IMG/VR virus record: IMGVR_UViG_3300032212_000104
Coordinates: 1 to 34,282 of that record
Source of the DNA: a virus
Lineage: Duplodnaviria; Caudoviricetes
Strand: one strand, 5' to 3'
Length of the DNA stretch: 34,282 nt
Both the position numbers and the translations under genes were made by a program. The notes under the pieces are model-generated. The model worked only from the letters and a program-made list of their open reading frames with translations, ran no database searches and was not told the DNA's origin. Of the stretch, positions 17,659-26,431 are shown piece after piece. Each line of letters begins with the position of its first letter. Within the stretch, counting starts at the first letter, position 1.

Positions 17659-17883
17659 TTATGCTACTGATCCCGTACCGTCGCCGTTATTAATGATTTT
17701 AAAACCGCGTTTAGCAGGGGCAGAAGTTGCGTTATTTTGTGCCTCTGAGCTGTGAACAGCCTCGATATCACTTTTTAAGGCGTGATAACTCTCTAAGCGT
17801 TCAAAAAGATCATAAGGCATCTGTAAAAGCTCCGTAAGAGATACAGAGGTTTTATCCTGTAGAGAAAAGAGCCTAAGCTCCAT
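17659..17883 (-). CDS. Tail assembly chaperone, frameshifted C-terminal part (gpT-like)
   Basis: In the -1 frame of the upstream chaperone, open from the slippery site. Confidence 0.75.
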   Translation of the reverse strand: MELRLFSLQDKTSVSLTELLQMPYDLFERLESYHALKSDIEAVHSSEAQNNATSAPAKRGFKIINNGDGTGSVA

Positions 17884-17915
17884 AACATTAAGAGGACACT
17901 CTTTTAAAAGATCTC

Positions 17916-18290
17916 TTACCGCTTTTGAGACTGTGGCAGGCTGTCCCCCGCCTCTGGCTTTCCCTGAGCTTTGAGTCCCAACTCAAAAACCACCATAAAA
18001 GCTAAGACAAAAACGATCTGAATATCAGAGATAAAATCTCTCTCATAATCAATCGGATCGCCATTTTTTAAAGTGATAAAAGTTGTCACGAAATATTTAA
18101 CTTTTTCAGGATCAAGCAGGGGCATAATATCGTTGAGATCTAAGTCGTCCATCGTGTCAGGATCAAAATTTAAGCCATTAAGAAAGAGAGCCATGTTACG
18201 TGTGAACTCGATCGCCTCGCTTGTCGTAGCAAAGGGGCGAACGGTATAGCGTTCTTTTGCTTGTTGAGCTATTTCGTTATTTTCCAACAT
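17916..18290 (-). CDS. Tail assembly chaperone (gpG-like)
   Basis: Between tube and tape measure; contains GGGAAAG slippery site. Confidence 0.8.
   Translation of the reverse strand: MLENNEIAQQAKERYTVRPFATTSEAIEFTRNMALFLNGLNFDPDTMDDLDLNDIMPLLDPEKVKYFVTTFITLKNGDPIDYERDFISDIQIVFVLAFMVVFELGLKAQGKPEAGDSLPQSQKR
17958..17964 (-). other. Programmed -1 ribosomal frameshift site G GGA AAG
   Basis: Same heptamer as lambda G/T, in Gly-Lys phase; -1 frame has no stop up to 17659. Confidence 0.85.
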
Positions 18291-18682
18291 TACAGGCCTT
18301 TAATTTCGATAAAGTTAGTCAGGCGACAAGTGAACTCGATAGTAGGCGTTTTTTCTTCAATCGTCACCCCGTTCGTCTCTCTGACGTCGCACTCTAAAGC
18401 AAAGATCTTAAAACCAAAGTCAGGCCAAGAAAAGTCAAAAGGGACTAAGGCGTGAGATTTTTCGAAGCCCTTCATAATAAGAACTGAGGGCGAATCAGCC
18501 CTGAGTCTTACAACCACCTCTAAGATCTGAGATTTAGGGTTTACTACCATACGGCTAACGCCGTCGATCCCTTTAGTCGTGACGACGTTATCGGGCAACT
18601 CTGGCAGATCAAAAGGCGTCTCACCTAAGCCTGTAAGAGCATGAGTGCCAACAACACAATTTAAATTTCTAATATCTTCCAT
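18290..18682 (-). CDS. Tail tube protein
   Basis: TKGIDG, LRADSPS motifs; follows sheath. Confidence 0.75.
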   Translation of the reverse strand: MEDIRNLNCVVGTHALTGLGETPFDLPELPDNVVTTKGIDGVSRMVVNPKSQILEVVVRLRADSPSVLIMKGFEKSHALVPFDFSWPDFGFKIFALECDVRETNGVTIEEKTPTIEFTCRLTNFIEIKGL

Positions 18683-18684
18683 AG

Positions 18685-20046
18685 TTAGGCCTTATTAATA
18701 TAATATTCGTCTGCATCGATTGAAGCAGAGAAAGAGAGATCGATCCAATCAACCGAACCAGATTTAAGGTAAGAGACTTTAACATTACAGCTCCCGCCTG
18801 CTTGATCTGTCACTAGATCAATAGTAAAGGCCTCGCCATTTTGCGGATCATCTAAAGCGATAATCTTCTGAGCCTGAGCCTGTCTTAATTTAGTCGTAAC
18901 TAAAACGCGTAAGAGGTTAAGATCATCAGCATCAAAAGAGATACGATCGTTATTTAAAAGTAGCTCATACATACCCTCGATACTTTTAACCGTGATAAAG
19001 ATCTCACCCGCTACAGACTCGATTTTTTTACCAGAGCAGGCCGTTCCTTGTTTAGTAAAAAGGTAACGCTTTCGCTCTTTAGTGTAAACATTTGCGTTTT
19101 TAGCTAAAACATTTGTAAGCTCTGTCGAGGTTAAAGTATCAGGAGTAACGCCCTTAAGCTCCATAGTTTTAGCGTTAATCAGACCGATATCAAGGCCTAA
19201 AAACGCCGATAAAAAGGCAATATCTGTGCGATCTGTAGCATGATAAAAAACCGAAGTTTTCTCGTAAGCTAAGGCTTGTAGTTCAGAGGCTAGATCTGTC
19301 GTCGCTGTGCTTATCGCTACAGGTGAGTTATCATATAAAACACACATAGCATCTTGCGACTCGACATATAAAGCGAGATCTTTAAGATCTGTTTGCGTCT
19401 CATCTGAGAAAACTAATACACCGAAATAGTCTGTGTTTGCCTCATCTAAGGCGATAAGATCCGCTTTGATCGTTTGGCCTGTGCTACCTGTATCATTTGC
19501 CGTTAAAAAAGAGTTTAAAGAGGCTGAGATATCCGTACCAACTGCGACGGCGATTGCTGTGATCGCTGTGATCGCACTTGTGTCTAAGGTTTCAACTGTT
19601 CTAAGCTCTACAACCGTCGGGCTGATATCATAAGCCACGATCGAGGGATCTAAAACGAGGTTTAAAGCCTCCGCTTTTGTACCTGTAGTGAAGTTAATAC
19701 CCGTAAACTCAAAAGTCGCACCGTTTACCGTGACTTTAAATTCACCATCTGCAACCGCATCTAAAGAGTTGTCAAAAGTAAAAGAGGCGATCGCAGGCTG
19801 AGGCTTAGAACGCTTAGCTAAGATAAAAGTTTTTGCTCTGATTTGCTGAGCGAAGCCGATAGACATATAAGCTTGCAGATCTGCGTCGCTGTTTTCAGAT
19901 GATAAGGCCGTGAGATCTTGATAGGTACGCGTAGCCTCTGGAAACGTCACCTTATCGGTTAAAACGAGGATCGTGTCAAAAGTTGACTGAGGGTAGGTTC
20001 TTTGCGATACGAGTGTCGCGTTAACGCTGTTTTTATTTTCTGCCAT
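18685..20046 (-). CDS. Tail sheath protein (DUF3383-like)
   Basis: KTMELKGVTPDTLT..KNANVY, QGTACSGKKIE motifs; size and synteny. Confidence 0.85.
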   Translation of the reverse strand: MAENKNSVNATLVSQRTYPQSTFDTILVLTDKVTFPEATRTYQDLTALSSENSDADLQAYMSIGFAQQIRAKTFILAKRSKPQPAIASFTFDNSLDAVADGEFKVTVNGATFEFTGINFTTGTKAEALNLVLDPSIVAYDISPTVVELRTVETLDTSAITAITAIAVAVGTDISASLNSFLTANDTGSTGQTIKADLIALDEANTDYFGVLVFSDETQTDLKDLALYVESQDAMCVLYDNSPVAISTATTDLASELQALAYEKTSVFYHATDRTDIAFLSAFLGLDIGLINAKTMELKGVTPDTLTSTELTNVLAKNANVYTKERKRYLFTKQGTACSGKKIESVAGEIFITVKSIEGMYELLLNNDRISFDADDLNLLRVLVTTKLRQAQAQKIIALDDPQNGEAFTIDLVTDQAGGSCNVKVSYLKSGSVDWIDLSFSASIDADEYYINKA

Positions 20047-20061
20047 AGTGGGAAGTCCTTT

Positions 20062-20547
20062 TTATATTAGTTCTACAGTCGCACTCTTAACAAGGGAAAC
20101 CGTATCGACTGCGATATCAGCTACAGAAAAAGAGATCTCTATAGCTTTGGCCTCTTTGGTATAAGTGTTTCTATGCTCTGAAACGTCGATAACCTTACCT
20201 TTTCCGTAAAAGCCGATCGTTTCACTCTCGTTAAATGCCTCTAAAGAGGATAGTGTAATGAAACTATCGCGAAAAAGTTTCATATTTGCCCTACAATTTG
20301 CCCCCTTAAAAGATATCAGAGCGTCAACATAAAAAAGCTCTTTATAGCTTTTCGTTTTTGTCTCGTTTTGTGTGTCGATAGTGGTAGAGATTAGGTTCTT
20401 ATGCGGGCTATTACTGTATAACTCAGGTATGTAAAAAGTAGCATAGTCGCCCGTATCAGAAAAGGGGTATTTTGCGTCATAAACTTTAATATCTGGTAAA
20501 AGGCCGTTTATATAGGCTATGATAAAATCTGCAAGATCATCACTCAT
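20062..20547 (-). CDS. Neck / tail terminator protein (start moved to ATG at 20547)
   Basis: Synteny before sheath; DYATFYI motif. Confidence 0.65.
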   Translation of the reverse strand: MSDDLADFIIAYINGLLPDIKVYDAKYPFSDTGDYATFYIPELYSNSPHKNLISTTIDTQNETKTKSYKELFYVDALISFKGANCRANMKLFRDSFITLSSLEAFNESETIGFYGKGKVIDVSEHRNTYTKEAKAIEISFSVADIAVDTVSLVKSATVELI

Positions 20548-20857
20548 TAAAATCGCCCTCCCACTTAAAAAGGTCGTCCATTTGAACAAAAGAGATGATC
20601 TTATACTCTAAGCCGTTATAGCTGATCGTGTCGTCTATGTTTAAGGCCATATAGTCAGAGGCGATATCAATAGAGGCCATTAAAAAAGAGTCTGTTCTTT
20701 TCTGGCGTTTTCTAGCTAAGGGGGACACGGTTTGGATCGCGACCTCGACCACATTAGGAGCAGGCGTTAAGACCTCCCTACCATGTTCGAGCGTCTTTGT
20801 GTAGCTTGTAGCGTTATAGCTTTTTTTCTCATCTTCTATCGAAAGAGCTAAACTCAT
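20540..20857 (-). CDS. Putative head closure protein
   Basis: DDTISYNGLEYKII motif; synteny. Confidence 0.6.
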   Translation of the reverse strand: MSLALSIEDEKKSYNATSYTKTLEHGREVLTPAPNVVEVAIQTVSPLARKRQKRTDSFLMASIDIASDYMALNIDDTISYNGLEYKIISFVQMDDLFKWEGDFNE

Positions 20858-21276
20858 TTACTCTCCTTTATGTAGTAGCTGATCGTAGAGTCAATCGTCC
20901 CTGCTGAGCTGTTAGCGGGGGCTATTTTAAACTCTCGCAAAACGACTTTGATATCGGCTACCATCTCACGGCCTAAGTCCTCTTTTAAGGCTCTGGCTTT
21001 CGCTCTGTTTTTAGCTTTAGCTATGGCTATGATACGGCCTTGATATTTCTTTTCGTTTCGCTTGTAGGCTACCTTTACATAAGGGCGATATCCCTCGTCT
21101 GAGTAGTTAATACAGACGGCCTTATCTAAAGCGGTGTAACCGTTTTCATCTACTTCAAAACTTTGTTTATTCTCTTTAGGATAACCCGCTTTAATTGTTC
21201 CCGCGATCGCTTTGATCTGTTTAATAACCTTTGAGTTTGTACTCACTCGAGAGCGTTTGACTTTTGACTTAATCAA
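20854..21276 (-). CDS. Putative neck protein
   Basis: IKAGYP, RPY, PANS motifs; basic; synteny. Confidence 0.6.
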   Translation of the reverse strand: MIKSKVKRSRVSTNSKVIKQIKAIAGTIKAGYPKENKQSFEVDENGYTALDKAVCINYSDEGYRPYVKVAYKRNEKKYQGRIIAIAKAKNRAKARALKEDLGREMVADIKVVLREFKIAPANSSAGTIDSTISYYIKESK

Positions 21277-21625
21277 GGATATAAGCCCCCGCTTTTAAAG
21301 GGCTAACAATAGCTAAGAACTGCTGACCGTAAAAGGAAAGAGAGAGGTAGGCTTCACGGTGATTTTTAGCTAAGTTTTGCATCGATACAGAGTGACCGAG
21401 GCCACTTCTAGACGTTACTATTTTAAAGGCTTTTTTAGGGTTGGTACGTTCTAAAAGTGTCAGTTCGTGAGCCACTAAAAGAAAAATACCAGTTTCAAGT
21501 TTAGTCCCTAAAATAGTATCGCTTACATAGTCGGACGATTTTAGTAAAAGGGCATCTACTACGGCGTTTTCCACCGTATCAAACTCAGGGTAAGAGGTTT
21601 TAAAGTCTACCGTAGTAAGTGCCAT
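21269..21625 (-). CDS. Head-tail adaptor (DUF4054-like)
   Basis: FKTSYPEF, LLVAHEL, SFYGQQFL motifs. Confidence 0.85.
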   Translation of the reverse strand: MALTTVDFKTSYPEFDTVENAVVDALLLKSSDYVSDTILGTKLETGIFLLVAHELTLLERTNPKKAFKIVTSRSGLGHSVSMQNLAKNHREAYLSLSFYGQQFLAIVSPLKAGAYILD

Positions 21626-21628
21626 TTT

Positions 21629-22000
21629 TTACGCTCCTAAGATCAGATCAACAAGAGCTGTCTCGTCTAATTTGCTATAGCCTTTTAAACCTGATCCTTT
21701 ACAGATCAGTTTAAGATCAGCTTTTGAGTAAGCTTTTAAAACTTCTTCTGTAAGCTGTTCTGGCAGGCCGTCAAGTAAAGCGTTAATCTGAGCCGTTTCA
21801 GCCTCAGCTTTAGAGGCATCTTTTGCCCCGCCTGTTACGATCTCGATAGATCCACGTTTTACATGAGCCTTAACATCGTTCTCAGTAATAAGAGGGTTTT
21901 CGCTTACGCTCCCTGCTCCGATACGGATATTTACGATCCCGCCGTCCTCATCAAGAGGACAAAGAGAGATAGCTTTAGTTGAGATATTTTTTACTTTCAT
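21629..22000 (-). CDS. Protein with C-terminal Rho-N/HeH-like domain
   Basis: SKADLKLICKGSGLKGYSKLDETALVDLI. Confidence 0.7.
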   Translation of the reverse strand: MKVKNISTKAISLCPLDEDGGIVNIRIGAGSVSENPLITENDVKAHVKRGSIEIVTGGAKDASKAEAETAQINALLDGLPEQLTEEVLKAYSKADLKLICKGSGLKGYSKLDETALVDLILGA

Positions 22001-22002
22001 AA

Positions 22003-22965
22003 TTACGCTCCGATTAAATCATACATAGAGTTAGGGTTACGGTTTACCGTCCCGCCTATAGAAAAAGATCCCGCTACTTCTAGCGTTAAATTGTTCGCCT
22101 GTGGTGCTAAGAATTTTGGAGTGTCACCCCAATAAAAGCAGACTTTACGCTCATCTTTTTGGTAGATACGAACATCTACAGCCTCAGCCGAGCTAATGAT
22201 CTTATCTTTACCTGTTAACCACATACAATGCTCAGCTAAATAGTCTAAGACTGTCTGGCCTGTCACGGTATTAATGATCTTAGTCGCTAAGATCACATAA
22301 AGAGCCGTCGGAACAATCAAGCGGTTACGTGGATCGTTTGGCTTAAACTCCACCTGTTTAGAGTTTGCGTAAGCTGTCCCAAAAAGGTTATTAAGATCGC
22401 CGTTGATATCTACCGCAGGCTTAGCAGACCAAGCAATACCCCCAGAAACCGTTAACTCTGGAACGTCTGGATCATTATAAAAGCCTGTGATACCACGATC
22501 AGCATCACCAAAATAAGCGATCTCCTGAGCTAAACGTAAAGCCGACTCCATAGAGATCTCAGCCTTTAAAGGATCAAGCTTAGCACCAAGTTTAGAAGCA
22601 CGACCTAACTCTTTATAGGAGTATTTATACCCGACATTACCATCATGTAAAGGAACTGATTTTGTACCGATAAACGCGTCGATCCAAGAGATCTCGCCTG
22701 TCTCGCCTGCAAGTTTAGCCTTGCCCGCTTTTTGAACATAGCTGTACTCAAACGACGTCGCAAAAGGATCGCCGAGATTTTTAACAGGCAGAATATCCAT
22801 AAAGGTAATATCTACATACTCAGCCTCGTAAACTGTTTTTTCAACTGCCACTAAAGCAGAAGAAGCGTTAGCTGTCGCGTCTACGATTGCGTCATTTGCT
22901 AACGTGCTGTCAAGTGCTAAAACCTGAGCTGTAGCTACACTTAATAAAGTTTGTCTTTTACTCAT
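22003..22965 (-). CDS. Major capsid protein (DUF2184-like)
   Basis: VYEAEY, GYKYSYKEL, IAYFGDADRGITGFYNDP, TVLDYL motifs. Confidence 0.9.
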   Translation of the reverse strand: MSKRQTLLSVATAQVLALDSTLANDAIVDATANASSALVAVEKTVYEAEYVDITFMDILPVKNLGDPFATSFEYSYVQKAGKAKLAGETGEISWIDAFIGTKSVPLHDGNVGYKYSYKELGRASKLGAKLDPLKAEISMESALRLAQEIAYFGDADRGITGFYNDPDVPELTVSGGIAWSAKPAVDINGDLNNLFGTAYANSKQVEFKPNDPRNRLIVPTALYVILATKIINTVTGQTVLDYLAEHCMWLTGKDKIISSAEAVDVRIYQKDERKVCFYWGDTPKFLAPQANNLTLEVAGSFSIGGTVNRNPNSMYDLIGA

Positions 22966-22976
22966 TATAAGATCCC

Positions 22977-23426
22977 TTAAATTAGATTTGGTGTGATTTG
23001 AACTAAGCCCGCAACTGCTGACTCTGTGAAAACTGCGTTAATTTTTACCGCGTTAACGCCGTCTACTGTCGTCGTCACGTCGCCAACTGTTCCCGCCCCT
23101 GCAAGACAACGAGCGAAAACGGGCTGACCTTTAACGACGTCTGTATCTGAGTTCACCCAGATATCGCCAGACTTAGCGATCTTTCCGATCTCGCCAATAG
23201 CTAAAGTTGCAGAGCTTAAAGCGTCCTCTCTAATAAGAACACCGTCGATCGTGTCTGTTACTGCTGTAAGAGCTGTGATCTTACCTGTAGCGTCAACCTT
23301 CACAAGTGATCCGCGGTTTAAAGCGACGCCTGCCTCGTGTTCTGCTGAGCGTACAGGTTTAGAACTTGCCACTCCGCCTAAAATACCTTTAGCTACCTCG
23401 TAGCCTGCTTGAATTGCTCCACCCAT
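22977..23426 (-). CDS. Capsid decoration/cement protein
   Basis: GDIWV...VVKGQPVF motif; between protease and capsid genes. Confidence 0.75.
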   Translation of the reverse strand: MGGAIQAGYEVAKGILGGVASSKPVRSAEHEAGVALNRGSLVKVDATGKITALTAVTDTIDGVLIREDALSSATLAIGEIGKIAKSGDIWVNSDTDVVKGQPVFARCLAGAGTVGDVTTTVDGVNAVKINAVFTESAVAGLVQITPNLI

Positions 23427-24541
23427 TACTCACCTCCGATTTTTTTTGTAAATGCGTCTAAAGCGACGTTTAGATCGTCTGGCTTTTCATCTTTCCCGAT
23501 AACTGTAGGGATAAGACCTAAGCCTGTTTCGTAAGAGTCTTTCGCCTCGTTTAACTGCTCTGTTAAAGCGTCAAAAGCGTAAGCGATATACTCTGGACTT
23601 TTGCCGTCTAAGGCCATCTCTGGCTTATGTTTAGTAAGCACTTGACGTTTGATCGTCTCTGCGTCCTTGCCTTTAAAGCAAGCTGTATCGCCTAAAGCGT
23701 CTTTAGCTACAACCATAACATGAGCGAGATCAAACGCCTTAACCGCGATCGTTTTATCGTTCGCCTCTTTGATCTCGTCCTCTGAGGGCGTCATATCACT
23801 TTTAGCCTGTAGCTCGTCCATATCTTTAGCGTTTTTAACTAAAGCGTCCGATAGGCTTTGAGAGTTTGCGTAAGTAGCATCGGCGACGGCCTGCATAGCC
23901 TCGCTTTGATCTTCTGGAACATCAACCGAACTAAGCTCGATCTTTTCGCCTTTGGCATTAGTGCCGTAAAAGGTAATTTTCATTTTCTTAATCTCCTGTT
24001 TTAAATTTGAGTCCATACCAATAGAGCATGAACTACCACACCGCCCCGCATCAACAATCGCGATATGGTTAGGTATGATGTTAGTTTGCAAATAGTCATA
24101 ATCTGCATGATCGACCAACTCCAACGCGTACAGATAACCCGCTGAAAGTTCAACTTTTCCCGCTTGTATTTTCTCTATGATCTCCTTATCTATGATAGTT
24201 ATTTCACATTGTAAATGTGTGTTTTCTACTGCTTTAACCTCTGAGCTTACAAAGCCGATCAGATGATCTTTTGTGTTTTGTGCGTCGAGTAAGACCTCGG
24301 GGTGATCGTCGGTTAAGACAACGGTACGAAAGCCCTCCAAAACAGAATCTTTAAAAACCTCGTCGGGGCTACGGTACTCTTTATAAATCTTATCTGGCTC
24401 AAAGTCGGGGCTGATCTCTGATCCTAAGCGTTTTTGAATACCTACACGAGCAAAACGACAGGAGATCACTAAATAACCTCTGTCGTTTATAGACTCAGAT
24501 AGAAACTCAACCGCAGAATCTAAACCTAGAAAATTAAGCAC
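23426..24541 (-). CDS. Prohead protease/scaffold (DUF2213-like)
   Basis: ARVGIQ, YRSPDEVF, TDDHP, ELSAGY, NHIAIVDAGRCG. Confidence 0.92.
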   Translation of the reverse strand: MLNFLGLDSAVEFLSESINDRGYLVISCRFARVGIQKRLGSEISPDFEPDKIYKEYRSPDEVFKDSVLEGFRTVVLTDDHPEVLLDAQNTKDHLIGFVSSEVKAVENTHLQCEITIIDKEIIEKIQAGKVELSAGYLYALELVDHADYDYLQTNIIPNHIAIVDAGRCGSSCSIGMDSNLKQEIKKMKITFYGTNAKGEKIELSSVDVPEDQSEAMQAVADATYANSQSLSDALVKNAKDMDELQAKSDMTPSEDEIKEANDKTIAVKAFDLAHVMVVAKDALGDTACFKGKDAETIKRQVLTKHKPEMALDGKSPEYIAYAFDALTEQLNEAKDSYETGLGLIPTVIGKDEKPDDLNVALDAFTKKIGGE

Positions 24542-25871
24542 TTTCAGCTCCCTTCTCTTTATCTCTAGCCTCTAAAAAAGAGAATCTTTTATCATCTCTG
24601 ATCGTGGCCTCTCTGATCTCATCTTTTGAAAAGACCTCATTTGTAATATAGATCGCGTCGGTTTCTGCCTGAGTCTTTTTTCTGTCTGTTGTTTCTGCTA
24701 AGGTTTCCTGTTCTAATGAGAGCCATTCTGTTCCACACTCAAAAGGGTTTCCGAAAGTAGAAAAGGCTATGATCTCATCTAAGGTGTTAAGCTTAGGCTC
24801 TAAGCTTGTCTGTTCTGCTGAGATACGATCGTTAAAGTTTCTCGTGTCGCTTGCTCCTGTGGCGTTCATGCCGTCAGGGGAACGTCCCCAGAGACGCGTC
24901 GCGGGGATATCTGCCGAGCCTGCGACGTGAATCTGAGCTGATACATCGATATTATGCAGATCTTTAAAGTCGTTTGATTTTTTTAAAAAGTCGTCTTTAG
25001 CATCTAAGACAACGGCGTTAAGGTAAGATTTCATCTGATCGACGATCTTTAGGCGTGAGATAATGGCCTCATCTTCACCGTTGATCGCCTGCTCCGTAAG
25101 TTCCTCTAGTTTGTAGACGTTGACGTTTGCCTCGTCAAGCATATTTATAATAGCGTGGATTGTTTTATCTGATTTAATGATCGGTTCGATCGATCGCTGT
25201 ACTTTTGAGCCACCCCAGAAGTTATACTCACGTTTTTTATGCTCTGTGGCTTTAAGGCCTTTAAAGATAAGTAATCGTGATTTGTGGATCGTTAAGGTTT
25301 CGCCCAGACCTTGAACTCTAAAAAGCTCAGGCTCACCCAGACCATAATTAACAGGGAAAATATGACGCGGATCAAAAACTCTAAGGCGGAGAGATCCTTT
25401 TTTTATATTATGCTTTTTAAGGGGCTTATCCTGACTCTGACCGTCGTTAACGATCATGTGAATAGCTGAGCCTCCGAAAAGATCCGCCCACGTTATAGCC
25501 TCTTTAAAATGCTCTTTAACGTCAAGCTCTTTTTGTGCCTTTAAAAAGAGATCTAAACGCTCTTTTGTTTCGCTTGATACAATGTTACGCCATTTACGCG
25601 TAATCTCTGAGGCGGGGATATCTGCGATCTTACCGACAAGCCAGTTTTCAGAGTAAAGATCATCAGCTAAAGCGGGGTTATGATTTAGGTTAAGGTGAAA
25701 GCGGTAAAAAGAGGTATTTGTCAGAGAGTCTTTAAGACCTCCGATCCCTTTCATTACATTTGAGAAGCCATCAAAAGCGGGAATAGTCGGAGGTGTAGCG
25801 GGCGGGGTAGCTTTATCTAAAGCTAAAGCACGTCGTTTGCCTAGTTTGTTTCCGTCTTTTTTGCGTTTCAA
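24534..25871 (-). CDS. Portal protein (DUF1073-like)
   Basis: LYSENWL, LFGGSAI, IHKSRL, WGGS, ADIPATRLWGRSPDGMNATGASD. Confidence 0.92.
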   Translation of the reverse strand: MKRKKDGNKLGKRRALALDKATPPATPPTIPAFDGFSNVMKGIGGLKDSLTNTSFYRFHLNLNHNPALADDLYSENWLVGKIADIPASEITRKWRNIVSSETKERLDLFLKAQKELDVKEHFKEAITWADLFGGSAIHMIVNDGQSQDKPLKKHNIKKGSLRLRVFDPRHIFPVNYGLGEPELFRVQGLGETLTIHKSRLLIFKGLKATEHKKREYNFWGGSKVQRSIEPIIKSDKTIHAIINMLDEANVNVYKLEELTEQAINGEDEAIISRLKIVDQMKSYLNAVVLDAKDDFLKKSNDFKDLHNIDVSAQIHVAGSADIPATRLWGRSPDGMNATGASDTRNFNDRISAEQTSLEPKLNTLDEIIAFSTFGNPFECGTEWLSLEQETLAETTDRKKTQAETDAIYITNEVFSKDEIREATIRDDKRFSFLEARDKEKGAESA

Positions 25872-25925
25872 ATTCTGACCTTAATAGTTTATCTATTAAC
25901 ATCATAAGCACTCTATCGCGAAAAA

Positions 25926-26213
25926 CTAACAGCGACCTAGCATGAAATTTAAAATTGTCTCTCTTTTGCCTTTAGGGATAGAGTTATCAAACTGTGTCAA
26001 CCAATAGGCATAAAACTTATTATTATAATACTCTGTAGCGTCTGGCTTATCTAATCGAGGGGGGATCTTAATATCTTTAACAACAAAAACGCCCTCGATC
26101 ATCTGCATACTATCTTTTTTCGCCTGTACTGCCTCGCCGTGTGTTTTGATCTGATTAGGTTCTAAGTCGGGTAATTTCCATCTTAATAGTTTACTGTGTT
26201 GGTTTTCGCTCAT
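25926..26213 (-). CDS. Hypothetical protein
   Basis: Coupled to upstream ORF; lies just before the portal gene. Confidence 0.65.
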   Translation of the reverse strand: MSENQHSKLLRWKLPDLEPNQIKTHGEAVQAKKDSMQMIEGVFVVKDIKIPPRLDKPDATEYYNNKFYAYWLTQFDNSIPKGKRETILNFMLGRC

Positions 26214-26431
26214 ACTTTACCCTTTATCAAAACACACACCTTATTTATATCAAAATTACGTCTTATACTGCTCTTATGCTTGATAATCAAACAGATCTTA
26301 TTTGGCATATCTTTAAACGGCTTTCTCACGCCTAAGACCTCCCAGAAAACAGCCTGTTTACTATTTGAGATCTTTACTCTATCCCCTGCGGTTATCCGAT
26401 CTTCTGCGGGTATTGTTATCGCTTTTGTCAT
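26210..26431 (-). CDS. Small basic hypothetical protein
   Basis: ATGA-type overlaps with both neighbours. Confidence 0.65.
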   Translation of the reverse strand: MTKAITIPAEDRITAGDRVKISNSKQAVFWEVLGVRKPFKDMPNKICLIIKHKSSIRRNFDINKVCVLIKGKV

